From Nemertoderma westbladi (lineage: Eukaryota > Animalia > Xenacoelomorpha): a stretch of 64,000 nucleotides of DNA. A model generated the notes under the pieces. It made no database searches and had not been told where the DNA came from. It was given only the letters and a program-made list of their open reading frames with translations. A program made the translations under genes and the position numbers. Location: the NCBI GenBank assembly GCA_032718475.1, contig JAUCBJ010009153.1, forward strand, positions 62,001-126,000, read 5' to 3'. Of this stretch, positions 62,949 through 64,000 are shown piece after piece (the stretch's first letter is position 1; each line of letters begins with the position of its first letter).

Positions 62949-64000
62949 ATGTCTGATACTAAGCAGAACCTGTCAGACAGTATATTAGATGTAACTATCT
63001 GCGACTCAGATAGAGACGTACAACCGTCTGGTCGTAAATTCAGTTCACCTCCCACTGTGAGGAAGGTCATCCCTCCAGTAGTAATAACAGAACCTAGGCT
63101 AGTCCAACATCGTAGGTCTATCATAGGCACTCGAGCTCAGGTCAAGCGGGACCAAGAAGCAGCGGAACAGCAACAACCCGCGAGTCAAGAACTTATTCCT
63201 CAGCGGCCCAGCAGCTCCAGTAGTGAGGATACTGTAGAGCTGACACCCGAGCGCGGAGCAGAGATGACGGATGCGGTTTATACGGATCCCCTTCTCATCC
63301 TTCCTGCAGCCGTACTCACTAGGTTATTGATCGCGGTGGAAGAACACCAGATCGATTGGGCGAGGAGTCAACGATCAACTAGAGATAGTTATGCGGGGTA
63401 CACGAGGGAAGAATTGAAGTCTATTGTCGAGTCGCAATGGAACTTCCCCGGACCCGGACTCCCGTTTGATTTATCAGAAGCTGCCTGGGAAGACATACAC
63501 CGTATGGGAGTAGCCAAAGAAACCATCGATCCAGCTGTATGGAAGAGGTCCGCAGCCGGATACGCACAGGGATTCTTCAGCTCTATGGAGCGAGTAGAAA
63601 GACAACTGTTTAAACAACCTCAAGGACCTCAAGAGCAGGGATCGCTGCTTTATCAAGTTAGAGAAAGAGTTCTACGAATTAGGCTAATATTATCGGCCTT
63701 TGAGGAGGCTTCTAAACGAAGACAAGACACGTCGTTGCAAGTCGCCGTAAAGACTTGGTTTCAAAGGGTGAATCTCCAGGTTCAAGGAACAGCTCAGTGG
63801 AAAGCTCAGCTGGAGGAGCGATCAACCCATGGAGAATCAACAGACGCTACTTTTTCCCAAGTGGAAAGTGAAGCGACGGCAGAGAAACCGCATAAGAGGG
63901 ATGCCATTGACATCTATCTGTCAGACTATCAACGTTTTTTAGGTGATGACGAGTTGAGGAGAAGGTTAGAGGGACTTAGCCCTAATAGCGAAGGAACCAA
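62949..64000 (+). CDS. Unlisted ORF of >=350 aa (MSDTKQNLSDSILDV...LEGLSPNSEGT), 3'-incomplete; possibly retroelement ORF1/gag
   Basis: Manual translation finds no stop from ATG 62949 to the window end; composition shifts from AT-rich to balanced near the ATG; no motif recognised. Confidence 0.75.
   Translation, partial: MSDTKQNLSDSILDVTICDSDRDVQPSGRKFSSPPTVRKVIPPVVITEPRLVQHRRSIIGTRAQVKRDQEAAEQQQPASQELIPQRPSSSSSEDTVELTPERGAEMTDAVYTDPLLILPAAVLTRLLIAVEEHQIDWARSQRSTRDSYAGYTREELKSIVESQWNFPGPGLPFDLSEAAWEDIHRMGVAKETIDPAVWKRSAAGYAQGFFSSMERVERQLFKQPQGPQEQGSLLYQVRERVLRIRLILSAFEEASKRRQDTSLQVAVKTWFQRVNLQVQGTAQWKAQLEERSTHGESTDATFSQVESEATAEKPHKRDAIDIYLSDYQRFLGDDELRRRLEGLSPNSEGT

Larger units (their letters stand above)
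59218..64000 (+). mobile_element. Probable 5' part of a large mobile element (possibly an LTR retrotransposon), running off the window
   Basis: Sharp break from undegraded satellite, begins TG, ~3.7-kb non-coding leader with tandem duplication, then a long intronless ORF; LTR end and PBS not pinned down. Confidence 0.5.

Overview
Eukaryotic (probably invertebrate animal) heterochromatin-type window with no recognisable host gene. About 65% is a 40/39-bp tandem satellite (GGCACTCTACCRGTACTACCTAGTRAAACAAACAAAGTKC) with kb-scale higher-order duplications and one 100-N gap. Insertions: (i) three copies of one 5'-truncated CR1/L2-group LINE with shared junctions, amplified with the satellite as a ~13.7-kb super-unit; (ii) a 6,005-bp non-coding insert in the third LINE copy only, made of two diverged ~3-kb units joined head-to-tail, without TIRs, with ACC|RAG at all three junctions, a covarying terminal hairpin and a tRNA-like cassette (the best candidate for an undescribed site-specific, array-building mobile system); (iii) a 7,073-bp BEL/Pao-derived LTR element with apparently identical 526-bp LTRs, 5-bp TSD, a gag-like ORF but no pol, a non-canonical PBS complementary to its own LTR and an array of small hairpins; (iv) the start of another large element at 59218 with an unlisted >=350-codon ORF running off the window. 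All comparisons were made by eye; no searches were run.
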